Assembly: GCA_000092065.1 (NCBI GenBank)
Contig: CP000585.1
From: Ostreococcus lucimarinus
Lineage: Eukaryota
DNA length: 64,000 bases
Direction: 5' to 3' (one strand)
In this document: positions 31,501-40,623 of the stretch, piece after piece
How the letters are laid out: the number at the start of each line of letters is the position of its first letter
Numbering within the stretch: position 1 is the first letter of the stretch
Notes under the pieces: generated by a model
Told to the model about the DNA's origin: nothing
Database searches by the model: none
What the model saw: the letters and a program-made list of their open reading frames with translations, nothing else
Made by a program: the position numbers and the translations under genes

Positions 31501-31650
31501 CCTTACACCCCAATGAGCACGGAAGGCGCGCCGTGGATCGCCAACTTGGCCCGAGCGCTCGCCGCTTTCGACGGCGTTTTGCAGTCGCGAGCGCCCGGTC
31601 CCAGCGCGCACGCCACGCGTTGGTCCCTAGTCGCCGACGCTCTGCCTTAA
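28504..31650 (+). CDS. NT-C2 domain protein (EHBP1/EEIG1/PMI1-like) with Glu/Arg-rich tandem-repeat coiled coil and helical C-terminal domain
   Basis: N-terminal 'RKDRVVTFVVTVRTLEPWP...FAIGWQRGANKRGTTP...TLTLYVLAL' fits the NT-C2 fold. Central acidic region with 'EEQRLRAE' x7. Structured C-terminal ~350 aa. Confidence 0.7.
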   Translation: MLKKLGSRKDRVVTFVVTVRTLEPWPTRASGRPGQFAIGWQRGANKRGTTPVRAGERSDDGARATYAFDHTFEVEATVRRAGKTGHKEKTLTLYVLALPEDATRGREVTAAKVGACDVDLAKYVDRTEDETIMIDVECGEGVRRAVGTPKLSISVRAKEGGANAEGREGEANAANASPLKSPTASERGGEYQWASSRFQSEQASSSQADQVEALTSMASMFKKRAAPVEETSVVDDVVDEGSEATANDEADVEANTARAELIVARAATPKSDEFSSTPDGTPALEQEDPELTRARDELFGAPPKDAATSPRGDVDSDGFLLDSDLDTEGEADEETPAEFTRPVEESPARDDSENAAEQARLAEEEARIRAEEDAAVARIEAERKAFEEEERQLEEQARLEAQRAEEERVRVDEEARYARMEAERAQAEEEARRLAEEDALFAENAEYQRRAEEEQRLRAEEEQRLRAEEEQRLRAEEEQRLRAEEEQRLRAEEEQRLRAEEERRWAMEAEAERARIEEIEKARAHEAEAARRAVEDEDVAAAQIASIAQQERQQLAEEEAIRAAQEEEERQRLEDENLRTSEHEARLQEERELQAEENAKAAARGDIDVYAKAVITEGASSVLFSDSADDVTAFGTPSSHSDDAFYTPATRGTRFADSVLKSSRNRDLEHEIVSMSICDILIHSTAEDSSFTTALGLQERIASVRATLGERESQLEFNRITDAFGVAIKGAMHNPARLVFLCAQLIALRICVATMDDLDTRDVIELEVLARNAAFESLWKHTCSALVNPGEVTETLAHFMKSFCGPSPNGDGEKIGRAWSAMFQLAKTRLDIIGGDADDAGCSSQLLLTQLRQGILKEIILALDKSVLDALIHPSGDALANPMIPGGGALTFSAGAELKRAISVLASVAKDLNVGTSTESIIPKLRAVADVCMIPKDALIDVKLRTDIVCGKLTDEELASVVSRFRPDDFAPQPVDPDVISAVVDAATNGKGDTPPAIGPYTPMSTEGAPWIANLARALAAFDGVLQSRAPGPSAHATRWSLVADALP
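29852..30010. repeat. perfect 24-bp tandem repeat x ~6.6 (gcgcagaggaagagcagcgcctgc) encoding EEQRLRAE inside the NT-C2 gene
   Basis: Visible in the nucleotide sequence. The translated ORF shows EEQRLRAE repeated seven times. Confidence 0.9.
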
Positions 31651-31828
31651 GAAAAGCGATGAAGCGTTGAACAAAGGCGCGTCATTCACCATAGCGACGC
31701 GTTATTCTTGCAATTCCACAGCACCATCGTACCATCGTCGGCGCCGTCCCGTCCGGGCCGCCGCCCCTGCCCGCCCGTCTCGGCCCTCTACGCGGCACAC
31801 CGCGGCGCGGCCGTTCCTAGCGCCCATC

Positions 31829-32977
31829 ATGAACGCCTACCCGAAGAAAAAATGGGAGCCAGAGCTCAAGCTGAAATCCGCCAAGGTCTCGCGCACGGGT
31901 GACTTCACGAACGACCAAAACTTGAAGATTCGGTGGTACTCGTGGGAAGTACCGAAACCCAAAGCTATAATCGTATTCGCGCACGGCCTGGGCGTGTACG
32001 GCTCGTTCGAGATGCTGGCGAGCATCCCGCCCGGCACTCCGCGCGTGCACTACGCGTCGTCTTGGCCCGAGCGCATGAATAAGTCGGACGTGAGCTTGTT
32101 TTGCATCGATCACCAGGGCCACGGGCGAAGCGACAGCGCGTCGCCCGGAAAGCGATGCTATTTCCATCGCTTGGATGATTTAGTGCGCGATTTCGCGCGG
32201 TTTTGTACTTTAATACGTGGAGATGTCCCCGGAGTTCCGCTGTTCGTGGTCGGCACCAGTCTCGGTGGGTTCGTGGCGACGAAGACGGCGATGGAGTTTC
32301 CAGACGTCGCCAACGGGTTGGTCACGTTGGCGCCGATGTTGAGCTTGGATCAGTTGTGCAAGCGGCCGCTGAATCGCGTGCTGTTGCCTTTCACGACGTT
32401 GTTGTCGATGTTTATTCCAACCGTGCCTCTGGCGAAGACGGTGCGGAACACAAAGTTTCCTCTGACGCAACAAGAGGTCGAACAAGACGCGAACACGTGG
32501 CCGAGCGGGGTGAACAACACGCGCGTGCGCGTCGCCGCCGAGGCGTACCTGAGCACGCTTAAACTGAAAAAGGCTGGGGAATTAGAAAAGATCACCATGC
32601 CAGTGATTTCATTTCACGGCAAGGACGACCCAATGACCGATCCGAGCTCGAGCACGATGCTCATCGAGCGCGCGAACACAGCGGACAAGCACCTCGAGTG
32701 GGTCGACGACGTCTTTCACGACCTCTGCCACGAAAAGCCCACGTCCGATCACATCTGCGAAGACATCATCGCCTGGTGTATCGCCCGCGTCAACGGTCCA
32801 GTACCCAAAAAATCCGGCGACAAGCGATCGCGAGAGACCACTTACAGGGAAAACGGCGTGAGCGACCGCGACGCCGCTCGAGGCGCGACGACCAAGCGCG
32901 TCCGCGCCGCCGCGACGAAGACATCGACTCGCAAAGCGCCCGGCCGCCGGCCGCGTCCGCGTCGCGAGTCGCGTTGA
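31829..32977 (+). CDS. Alpha/beta-hydrolase, monoacylglycerol lipase / lysophospholipase-like
   Basis: 'VFAHGLGVYG' (HG oxyanion), nucleophile elbow 'GTSLGG', Asp in 'HGKDDPMTD', His in 'DVFHDL'. Start at internal ATG 'MNAYPKKKWEPE'. Confidence 0.8.
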   Translation: MNAYPKKKWEPELKLKSAKVSRTGDFTNDQNLKIRWYSWEVPKPKAIIVFAHGLGVYGSFEMLASIPPGTPRVHYASSWPERMNKSDVSLFCIDHQGHGRSDSASPGKRCYFHRLDDLVRDFARFCTLIRGDVPGVPLFVVGTSLGGFVATKTAMEFPDVANGLVTLAPMLSLDQLCKRPLNRVLLPFTTLLSMFIPTVPLAKTVRNTKFPLTQQEVEQDANTWPSGVNNTRVRVAAEAYLSTLKLKKAGELEKITMPVISFHGKDDPMTDPSSSTMLIERANTADKHLEWVDDVFHDLCHEKPTSDHICEDIIAWCIARVNGPVPKKSGDKRSRETTYRENGVSDRDAARGATTKRVRAAATKTSTRKAPGRRPRPRRESR

Positions 32978-33201
32978 GTCCATTCATCTCGCGCGCCGCG
33001 TCTTTTCGCGCGCGTCGTAGCATTCTTTCTCGTCATTCATAACATCTTGTATTCTCTCCGTCTCGCCCAGTCACCCGCCCAGATGCGCCTCGCTCGCAAC
33101 ACCAAGAATAACAACAATCGCGCAGGGCCAGATCGTCACCCCGAGCCGCGCCGACGCGTCGATCGCGCGCCGCGACGACCGTGAAGACGCCAACGAGCGT
33201 C

Positions 33202-34197
33202 ATGATCGCCCGAACCGTCGTCGTCGCCGCCGCGCTCGCGCTCGCGGCGTGCCCGACCCCGATCGTCGCCGTCAAGTTTGGCGAGGATTTCACCGACACG
33301 CTGAAAAAGAAACCGGAACCGCTGAAGGGACCGACGTACGCGCGCGATTTCGACGGCACGCAGATATTCGCGGATGATTTGTCGACCATGTACATGCACG
33401 GATTGACGTGCGGGGCGTGCATGGCGGTGCTGAACGAGACGAAGACGCTGTACGATCGCACGGAGGAGACAAAATTTCATCACCCGGACGACGTCACGGG
33501 AGGTTTGATGTACGATTACATGCACGAAGCGACGGAACCCGAGGAATTCTGCGATGGGAACGTGCTGGGGGAGAAGTATGGGTTGAATAATATCACTGGA
33601 CACGTGGCGGCGGCGGCGTGGTTGCGGTTGCGGGCGGTGAGCCAGTTGCGCTTGCACGGTCAATACGAAGGCACGGAGATGGGCAAGCGAGCGATGATGT
33701 CTTTGAATGAGTACCGATGGGCGATTGATCTTGGATTGTTGGGATATGATTTGTTCTCTTTGCTCGAGGAGGACGAGGAGCGATTCGATCCGATCAAGCT
33801 CGCGGAGGAAAACGCGGTCGAGGTCGACGAAGACGACGAAAAGTATGACCAAAAAGTTGATACTCGGGAATTCATCGTCCGTTCGCTCAAGACGCATCCT
33901 TATCGCATCCCAAGACAGAAGATGAAGCTCGAGCAAGTGTGTTACGACATCGTCAAGAGTCGACCTTACATTCAAGCGCTGCTCCACCAGAAATTGCGCC
34001 GCGATCGCCACTACGAGATTTGCCACGCGCTGAAAAAGTGTGTCTGGAAAACACCACAAGAAGTGCGAATCATCGAGCAAGCCCGCGAGGAAGCGCTCGA
34101 AGCTTACATGGAAGCACTCTTAGAAGAAGGTGAAGACCTGTTCGACGACGAAGGAGAAGGAAAAGAGAATGAAGACGAGGAAGGAAAGGAATTATAA
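33202..34197 (+). CDS. Secreted cysteine-containing protein with acidic C-terminal tail (saposin/DUF3456-like, tentative)
   Basis: The ORF-table start is GTG, so the first ATG at 33202 was used. Signal-peptide-like 'MIARTVVVAAALALAACPTP'. Cys pairs ('CGAC', 'C...C...KKC'). Glu/Asp-rich tail. Confidence 0.55.
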   Translation: MIARTVVVAAALALAACPTPIVAVKFGEDFTDTLKKKPEPLKGPTYARDFDGTQIFADDLSTMYMHGLTCGACMAVLNETKTLYDRTEETKFHHPDDVTGGLMYDYMHEATEPEEFCDGNVLGEKYGLNNITGHVAAAAWLRLRAVSQLRLHGQYEGTEMGKRAMMSLNEYRWAIDLGLLGYDLFSLLEEDEERFDPIKLAEENAVEVDEDDEKYDQKVDTREFIVRSLKTHPYRIPRQKMKLEQVCYDIVKSRPYIQALLHQKLRRDRHYEICHALKKCVWKTPQEVRIIEQAREEALEAYMEALLEEGEDLFDDEGEGKENEDEEGKEL

Positions 34198-34283
34198 AAT
34201 GCTTTGCTCATTGTTTCAATCGGTACTGTATCAGCGTTGATGTGCGCATGTTTGTAACACCATCCGAAATTTGCCGCGATCGC

Positions 34284-36251
34284 CTACCTGTCTCTAAGAT
34301 ACCGCCAATAATGGTTCGTGTACTTGTGAATGTTGAGCACGACGCGATTTTTATTGGCGTACACCCTGTACGAACAGCGATCAACGATGACGTTCTTGTA
34401 GAGCTTGCGGATGAAGAAGCGATAAGCATTTTGTTTACCAAGCGCCCACATCTCTAACGCTCGATCTTGAAAGCACACGTAAACATCGCGCGCAAGAATG
34501 GCCTCGGGAATTTTCAAACGAATCTCCGCCCTCATATCTTCTTCGTACATTTCGTAATTGTCCAACTCGACGCGCTCCATCGCGGCGCCAGCGATCAAGC
34601 TTTCAATATCAATCAAACCTTTGTCCGCGAGCTCAGGTGGGAGCTTTTTGAAGCGATCGAACGTTTCACCTCTATCCGGCGTTCGCTGTGCTTCACTGCT
34701 CGTTTCGGCGACTTGATACGGGTTCTTATTGCGCAATATCGCCGTCTCGTGTTTCTTCATTGCGTCGACGACTTGCTTCGCCGCCATTCGATGCCCCACG
34801 GGGAGGTCTGCCCCGGGACCTATGGTTAGCGAGGCGTACGCACCCAACACGTACATCGACGTTCCTGGCCATCGACAGCCTCCACCTCCGCCTGCAGCCG
34901 CGGTTTGTCCTTTGTCGTGCGCACATTCAATTTTTTCCTCCGCGAGCGCAGGGAAGCCTCGAGCGATTTCTACGGACGTTGTCTCCACGAGCGTGCGGAG
35001 CGCTGGATCTTTCGCCAGGTCCACGAATTCACCACACGCTAGCCATATCTCATCGTGTGTAGATGTGACTTCTTTTTCGAAAATGGCGAGCGCTGAACTA
35101 TCGGGCTCGATTCCTTCGTCGCGATACCTTCTGTACATCGCCGACTCGAACTCCACTTTGGCTTCATCCGTAGGCGCCGATCGAACGCGCCATTTCTTTT
35201 CTCTGTCGCTCCACACGGCGCCATTCAACACGCGTTGCTCCAGAACTCGAATATTATCAGTCTTTAAGGCTGCATCTCGCAAACGACGGTGCGTGTGCTC
35301 GTTCACGCTCGCCTTCGACTTGAAGGACTCGAGCTTGTTGGCGCGAATTTGCGCGTCGGCGCACGCGTGAAATTCGTACAGTCCTTTATTCCCAAAATAC
35401 TTCACGTCGCATTCAAACTCACTCACGGTGATTTTCCTTCGGCACATCAGCGTCACTACCTTGGCGCCGCGCGTCTGCGCAGCGAGCGCGAGCGTCGCCG
35501 CCGTCGTTCCTCCGCCGACGACCAAGATGCACTTTCCTCGCGCGCAATCAGTGGCGCTCATATCCACGTCGGCTGCGTTCATGATTCCACAATCGATGCT
35601 TTGGCGGTCGTAAGACGCGTTGTACTTTGCGTACGACGCTTTCGCTTCCAGGACCCAGGACGGAACTAGCGGAAGGGAAAACTTCGGCGTCCACACGCAT
35701 CGCGCGGCGAGAAACGTCTTTCCGGTGTCGAGCGTCAATAAAATCGCGCCGCACCGCATCATAGCCACCGCATCACGCTCGTCCTGGCCCACGCCAGCAG
35801 CGCCTTCGCTCTCGTCAATTGCTTTGAACGCGTCACGAACCTCTTCCGACGTCTCGTCGCACCACCGCACGTCCACGACGGTGCCTCGCTCCACGCGCAC
35901 GCCACCGAATCGCTCCGCCACCGTCTTCGCGCAGTACTCCGCGAACACCCTCACACTCGGCACTCCCGCGAACCCACTACCCGTCCGCACCACATCGCGT
36001 TTCTTCCCCAACGTCTCTATGTACCGCTCGAGTCCACATGCGTTCTCAAACGGCACTTGCGTCGTCGTCGATCTCAAGTGCGTCGCCCCCAGCCTGAGTT
36101 GCGTCCTCGCGAACGAGTACAACCACGCCCCCGACGGGTCGATCACCACCGCTCGTTCGGCGCGACCTCTGCTCAGCCTCGACAAGACGCTCAAACACGC
36201 GCGTCCACTGCCGACGATCGCGAGCTCGCACCGCTCGCACGCCGTCGCCAT
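34284..36251 (-). CDS. FAD/NAD(P)-binding oxidoreductase with C-terminal CS (p23/HSP20-like) domain
   Basis: Two dinucleotide-binding motifs ('AIVGSGRACLSV' and 'ILVVGGGTTAATLALAAQTRGAKVV'). C-terminal 'VELDNYEMYEEDMRAEIRLKIPE...DVYVCFQDRALEMWALGK...YRFFIRKLYKNVIVDRCSYRVYANKNRVVLNIHK' matches the CS-domain pattern. Start at internal ATG 'MATACERCE'. Confidence 0.65.
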   Translation of the reverse strand: MATACERCELAIVGSGRACLSVLSRLSRGRAERAVVIDPSGAWLYSFARTQLRLGATHLRSTTTQVPFENACGLERYIETLGKKRDVVRTGSGFAGVPSVRVFAEYCAKTVAERFGGVRVERGTVVDVRWCDETSEEVRDAFKAIDESEGAAGVGQDERDAVAMMRCGAILLTLDTGKTFLAARCVWTPKFSLPLVPSWVLEAKASYAKYNASYDRQSIDCGIMNAADVDMSATDCARGKCILVVGGGTTAATLALAAQTRGAKVVTLMCRRKITVSEFECDVKYFGNKGLYEFHACADAQIRANKLESFKSKASVNEHTHRRLRDAALKTDNIRVLEQRVLNGAVWSDREKKWRVRSAPTDEAKVEFESAMYRRYRDEGIEPDSSALAIFEKEVTSTHDEIWLACGEFVDLAKDPALRTLVETTSVEIARGFPALAEEKIECAHDKGQTAAAGGGGGCRWPGTSMYVLGAYASLTIGPGADLPVGHRMAAKQVVDAMKKHETAILRNKNPYQVAETSSEAQRTPDRGETFDRFKKLPPELADKGLIDIESLIAGAAMERVELDNYEMYEEDMRAEIRLKIPEAILARDVYVCFQDRALEMWALGKQNAYRFFIRKLYKNVIVDRCSYRVYANKNRVVLNIHKYTNHYWRYLRDR

Positions 36252-36739
36252 GGCGAAAACGCCCGCCCCGTCCCGTCGAACCCCACGAAACCACCTCCTT
36301 CGCGATCGTTCGCGGTCGCGCGCGCCCGACCGCGCGTTCACACGACGTCTGCGCGCGCCGCCCGACGCAGCGCGATTCCGCGCGCGATTTTCGTCGCGCG
36401 TTCGGCGCCGCGCGTGCGAACCGCGCGTCGCGCTCTGCCGCGTCGCGTCGCTTTTTTCGAGCGTTTCATCGAGCGTTTTTCTATCGAAAAAGTCAACGAG
36501 GCGTGGATGTGCGATACGCCCGACGCGACGACGCACAACGACGCGCGCGACGACGCGTAACGAACCGGCGAGGGAACGAAATAAAATAAACAGGCGCGTG
36601 GCGCGATGCGAGACGACGCGCGCGCGAGGATGGATGCGGTGCCGCGTCGAGAGTCTCGATCTCGGATGCGCTTTTTCTCGACCGACGCGAGAGCGTCGAG
36701 AGCGCCGACTGACGCGGTGATCGCGCCGCGCGCAGACGA

Positions 36740-37807
36740 ATGATGGTCGGGATGCGATTCGGTTCGACGGAGTTTCGACAAAAGTACGACTTCGTCGCGC
36801 AGTTGACGCCCGAGGACGGGGCGAAGATTTGCCGCCAGGTGAGCTTTTATTTCAGCGACTCCAACATCGGGCGAGACGACTATCTGCTTCGCGAAGTGGT
36901 CAAATCAAAGCGCGAGGGACACGATGGAGCGGTGGAATTGGCGACGATCGCGCGGTTTCAGAAGATGCGAGAGTTGCTTGCGCCGTATGGTGGGTACGAC
37001 AATTTCTCGGCGATGATGCCAAAGGTGGCCGAAGCGCTCTCGCAGTCAGACATCGTGGAGGCGTGCGAAAACGGAACGCGGGTGAAGAGAAAATCTTTGA
37101 CGATCGATGGGAAGGAGCCCGATTTTTCTACGGATGAAGGCATGCTTCAATACCGTCAAGCGATGATGGTTGAGCTCGATAAGCGATACGTTTTTGCGAG
37201 CCCGTTCTCGAGGCACGCGACGATGGATTCGATCCGAGCCTTCTTCGACGGCGTCGGCCAAGTCAAATCGATTCGCCTGCGACGACACACGGCTAGTAAA
37301 GATTTCCGTGGAAGCGTTTTCGTCGAGTTCGCGACGGAGGAAGAGGCGAGACACGTCGCCGCGCGCACTGATTTGGTGCACGAGGGCGCGAAAATTGAGC
37401 TCGCGATGAAGTCTGATTACCTCGAGAAGAAGAAGGCGGAGTCGCTCTTACAAAAGGAGAAGCGCCGGCAAGAAGCCATAGCGCGGGGCCAGGATCCGGA
37501 GAATATCCCGCCCGAACCCGAACCTGTTTACGTGGGCAAAGTTCCTGAAGGCTTCGTTCCCGGCCGAGGCGGCGGACGAGGCGGCGGACGAGGCGGTGGA
37601 CGAGGCGGCGGACGAGGCGGCGGACGAGGCGGCGGACGAGGCGGCGGACGAGGCGGCGATCGAGGTGGCGATTTCGGTCACGATGGTCCCGGTCGGGGTC
37701 CTGGATTCGGGTACGGTGGTCCGGATCGCGGTGCGCCTCGCTTCGGATTCGGCGCTCCCGGTCCCCAACGACCCGGCCCTCCACAGCGATTCGGACGCCC
37801 ATACTGA
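36740..37807 (+). CDS. La protein (La motif + RRM + RGG-repeat tail)
   Basis: La motif 'ICRQVSFYFSDSNIGRDDYLLREV'. RRM with 'FRGSVFVEFATEEEA'. C-terminal (GRGGG)n repeat. Confidence 0.85.
   Translation: MMVGMRFGSTEFRQKYDFVAQLTPEDGAKICRQVSFYFSDSNIGRDDYLLREVVKSKREGHDGAVELATIARFQKMRELLAPYGGYDNFSAMMPKVAEALSQSDIVEACENGTRVKRKSLTIDGKEPDFSTDEGMLQYRQAMMVELDKRYVFASPFSRHATMDSIRAFFDGVGQVKSIRLRRHTASKDFRGSVFVEFATEEEARHVAARTDLVHEGAKIELAMKSDYLEKKKAESLLQKEKRRQEAIARGQDPENIPPEPEPVYVGKVPEGFVPGRGGGRGGGRGGGRGGGRGGGRGGGRGGGRGGDRGGDFGHDGPGRGPGFGYGGPDRGAPRFGFGAPGPQRPGPPQRFGRPY
37568..37660. repeat. 15-bp tandem repeat (ggcggcggacgaggc) x6 encoding the RGG/GGRGG box of La
   Basis: Direct repeats are visible. The translated product is GRGGGRGGGRGGG... 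Confidence 0.85.
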
Positions 37808-37928
37808 ACGCGAATGAAATGACGCGAAATGTCGCTTGATGTCCGATTAATGTTTTGCCTAACGAAATGAAAGCTCATGTCTATGATATAATACCGCGCG
37901 TCGCCGCACCACCCGCCAAAAGAATCGA

Positions 37929-38168
37929 TTACTTCATTCTCAACCCGAGGCCCGACATGACCTTGGAGTATTCGTTGAAGTCTCTCTTTTTGAGGTAGTT
38001 TTGCAGGCGGCTACGCTGACCCAAGAGCTTCTTCAACCCACGCTGCGTGGCGTAATCCTTCTTGTTCTTGATCAAGTGCGCGGTGAGCCCTTCGATGCGC
38101 TTGGTGAGGAGCGCGATTTGCACCCCCGAGCTCCCGGTGTCGCTCGCCGACTTTTGGAACTCAGCCAT
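37929..38168 (-). CDS. rps15: Organellar (bacterial-type, uS15) ribosomal protein S15; 3' exon, initiator exon probably upstream
   Basis: 'DTGSSGVQIALLTKRIEGLTAHLIKNKKDYATQRGLKKLLGQRSRLQNYLKKRDFNEYSKVMSGLGL' aligns with bacterial S15. The ORF-table start is TTG. The upstream in-frame extension 'LSRAAAKANASSFAPRRAQTHQRGAL...' is presequence-like and ends at a 'cgcgcag' acceptor. A candidate exon 1 ('MDLDVEIRRRRSRRASRTAAA') lies near 38330-38400. Confidence 0.65.
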   Translation of the reverse strand: MAEFQKSASDTGSSGVQIALLTKRIEGLTAHLIKNKKDYATQRGLKKLLGQRSRLQNYLKKRDFNEYSKVMSGLGLRMK

Positions 38169-38771
38169 GTCCGCCACCGCCGGGCGCGTGCGCTTATCCG
38201 CGGCGACGACTTGCAACGCGCCGCGTTGGTGCGTTTGCGCCCGTCGCGGAGCGAACGAGCTCGAGGCGTTAGCCTTGGCAGCTGCGCGCGAGAGTCAATT
38301 TCGGGTCAGATAAGAGGGTTCTAGGGTCAAATGTACGCCCGCGCGCGACGCACGCGCCCACGCGCGGCCGCCGTCCTCGACGCGCGTCGCGAACGACGCC
38401 GACGTATTTCCACATCCAAATCCATCGCGCGCCGTCGCGCGCGCGCCGTCGCGCGTCGCGCATCACCGCGTCGCGCGCGTCGCATCGCCGCCTCGCCACG
38501 TCGCCATCGCCGATGCGCGCGCGTTCGATCTCGTCGCGCGCGCGCGTCCCGCGCGGCGCGTCCCGCGCGACGCGACGCGACGCTCGAATTTTCTCGCCGT
38601 CGAGACGCACCGATGCGGGTCGTGGAGAGCGTGAACATCGCGCGTCGTGGTGTGCGGCGCGTCGCGTCGCGCCCGCGAGGGTCGGGCGGCAGTCTCGAAA
38701 TGTGAGTCACCACACGGAACACAAAGAGCGCCGAAAAGCGTCCCGCCGCCGCCACTCTTCGACGCGTCGCC

Positions 38772-39362
38772 ATGCGCGCGTCGTCGCGCGCGCCCGCGAC
38801 GCGTTGTCGCGCGCCGACGCGCCTCGTGACGACGCGACGCGCGACGCGCGCGCGCGACGACCGCCGCGCGACGACGCGACGCGCGACGACGACCGCGGAC
38901 GCGGACGAAGAAACCCAAGACGCGCAGGCTCGAAAGATGGCGATCGAATTCGCCGTCATCGCCGACGACACGCGCGCGGTCGAGGTGCAGGTGCTGTCGG
39001 TGGCGAAGAGCGTGTTCTACGCGCGATACGTCGTGCTGGCGACGGCGTTCAATCGACCGCAGATGAACGCGTGCTGCGCGAAGATGCGAGAACTGGCGAA
39101 CGAGGCGTACGGGTTGACGGTGCCGAAGAGCGCGGCGCAGGTGGGGGATTGGGCGTGTTTGGACTGCGCGGACGTCGTCGTGCACGTGTTTTCGCCGAAT
39201 TCGCGAACGCATTACGATTTGGACGGGTTGTATAAGGGCGCGGAGCGCGTTGAGTTGCCGTTCGTGACGGAGACGCGAGGGGGGAGCGAGACGGAGGACG
39301 AATTCGAGCCGTACGACGAAGAAGAAGACGAAGAAGACGACGAATTCGAAGTCTTCGAGTGA
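38772..39362 (+). CDS. rsfS: Ribosomal silencing factor RsfS / Iojap-like protein (organellar)
   Basis: 'AVIADDTRAVEVQVLSVAKSVFYARYVVLATAFNRPQMNACCAKMRELANE...DWACLDCADVVVHVFSPNSRTHYDLDGLY' matches the RsfS/DUF143 fold. Arg/Thr-rich presequence. Acidic C-terminal tail. Confidence 0.8.
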   Translation: MRASSRAPATRCRAPTRLVTTRRATRARDDRRATTRRATTTADADEETQDAQARKMAIEFAVIADDTRAVEVQVLSVAKSVFYARYVVLATAFNRPQMNACCAKMRELANEAYGLTVPKSAAQVGDWACLDCADVVVHVFSPNSRTHYDLDGLYKGAERVELPFVTETRGGSETEDEFEPYDEEEDEEDDEFEVFE

Positions 39363-39520
39363 GCGTCGCACGCGATGTAGAGTAGACGTTAAGTAATATT
39401 GATTATCGCGCTTGTAAGTTCACGCGCGGTCGCGCGGGACGAGACGCGGCGCCGTCTCGCGCCGCGCGCCCGTAGACGTCGTCGCGCTCGCGCGCGCGCG
39501 CCGCACAGCGCGCCTCGCGC

Positions 39521-39522
39521 GT

Positions 39523-39554
<32 letters not shown>

Positions 39555-39556
39555 TC
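39521..39556. repeat. (GTC)n microsatellite abutting the TrmO start codon
   Basis: 'gtcgtcgtcgccgtcgtcgtcgtcgtcgtcgtcgtc' immediately 5' of the ATG at 39557. Confidence 0.8.
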
Positions 39557-40585
39557 ATGTCGATCGACCGCGAGCGCGCCGTCGTCGCCGTCGTCGTCGC
39601 CGCGCTGTTCGCCGCGCACGCGCGCGTCGTCGGTCGCCTCAAATCTCGACTCGCCGCCGCCTCGACCGAAAAGCAGCGCTTGCAATCGATCCTGCGCGTC
39701 CGCGACGTCCCTAAGACCACGGGTATGTTCGCGCCGATCGCGCGCGCGCGCAGTGCGTTTTCTCGACGCAACGGCACGCCGCGACAGGGCGGCGCGCTCG
39801 TGCCTCGGGCGCGGTGCGAGGTAAAGATGGAGGCGCGCCTGCCGCGACACCTGCTGGAAGGCTTGGACGAGTACACGCACTGCTGGGTGATTTACGTGTT
39901 CCACGCGAACACGAATTTAGCGGGGACGAAGACGGGGGGTGCGGCGAAGGGAAAGGTGGCGGTGCCTCGATTGGACGGAAAGCGCGTCGGGGCGCTGGCG
40001 ACGAGGACGCCGCACAGGCCGATTCCAGTCGGGCTGTCCGTCGGGACGGTGGAGAGCGTCGACGCCGAGCGAGGAGTGGTAGTGATAGGAGGGATTGATT
40101 TAGTAGATGGAACGCCGATTTTGGATATAAAGCCGTATGTGCCGTTTTGTGACTCGATCGCGAGCGCGAAGGCGCCGGATTGGGTCGGGAAGGAAGCGGT
40201 CGGGAAGGATGAACCGTTGAAAATTATTCGAGTCGACGTCGCGGAACGCGCCGAGGCGCCGTTGGCGAGTTCATACGCTCGAAGCGCGGCGGCGAAGACG
40301 CTGTATCCCGATGTCAGCGCGTTTGTTGAATTCTGCAAAGAAGTGTTGACGTACGACATTCGTTCCATTCGCGAACGCAACGCAGACGTGGACAAGCGAA
40401 AGTTTGACACGTACAGGGTGATTTTGTGCGACGTGGAGATCGAGTACACCATTAGCGAGGAACGCAAAGTCGAAATTACTGGCGCCAAAGCGGTCCCTAG
40501 AGAGATTTTTGATGATTGGGAGCGCGCGAAAGTCGAGCAGCAGGCTCGTGAGGCGTTGGGAGAGCATCCAAAGCCGAAGCATTAG
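39557..40585 (+). CDS. TRMO: tRNA (adenine37-N6)-methyltransferase TrmO / YaeB-family (m6t6A37 formation)
   Basis: 'GMFAPIARARSAFSRRNGTPRQGG...LEGLDEYTHCWVIYVFHAN...TRTPHRPIPVGLSVG...GIDLVDGTPILDIKPYVPFCD' are the TsaA/YaeB hallmarks. The ~56-aa N-terminal extension may be a targeting peptide. An alternative ATG lies at 39725. Confidence 0.8.
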   Translation: MSIDRERAVVAVVVAALFAAHARVVGRLKSRLAAASTEKQRLQSILRVRDVPKTTGMFAPIARARSAFSRRNGTPRQGGALVPRARCEVKMEARLPRHLLEGLDEYTHCWVIYVFHANTNLAGTKTGGAAKGKVAVPRLDGKRVGALATRTPHRPIPVGLSVGTVESVDAERGVVVIGGIDLVDGTPILDIKPYVPFCDSIASAKAPDWVGKEAVGKDEPLKIIRVDVAERAEAPLASSYARSAAAKTLYPDVSAFVEFCKEVLTYDIRSIRERNADVDKRKFDTYRVILCDVEIEYTISEERKVEITGAKAVPREIFDDWERAKVEQQAREALGEHPKPKH

Positions 40586-40623
40586 CGAGATAGTCATAGC
40601 AGGGCGATTCTTTGTGACAATTT

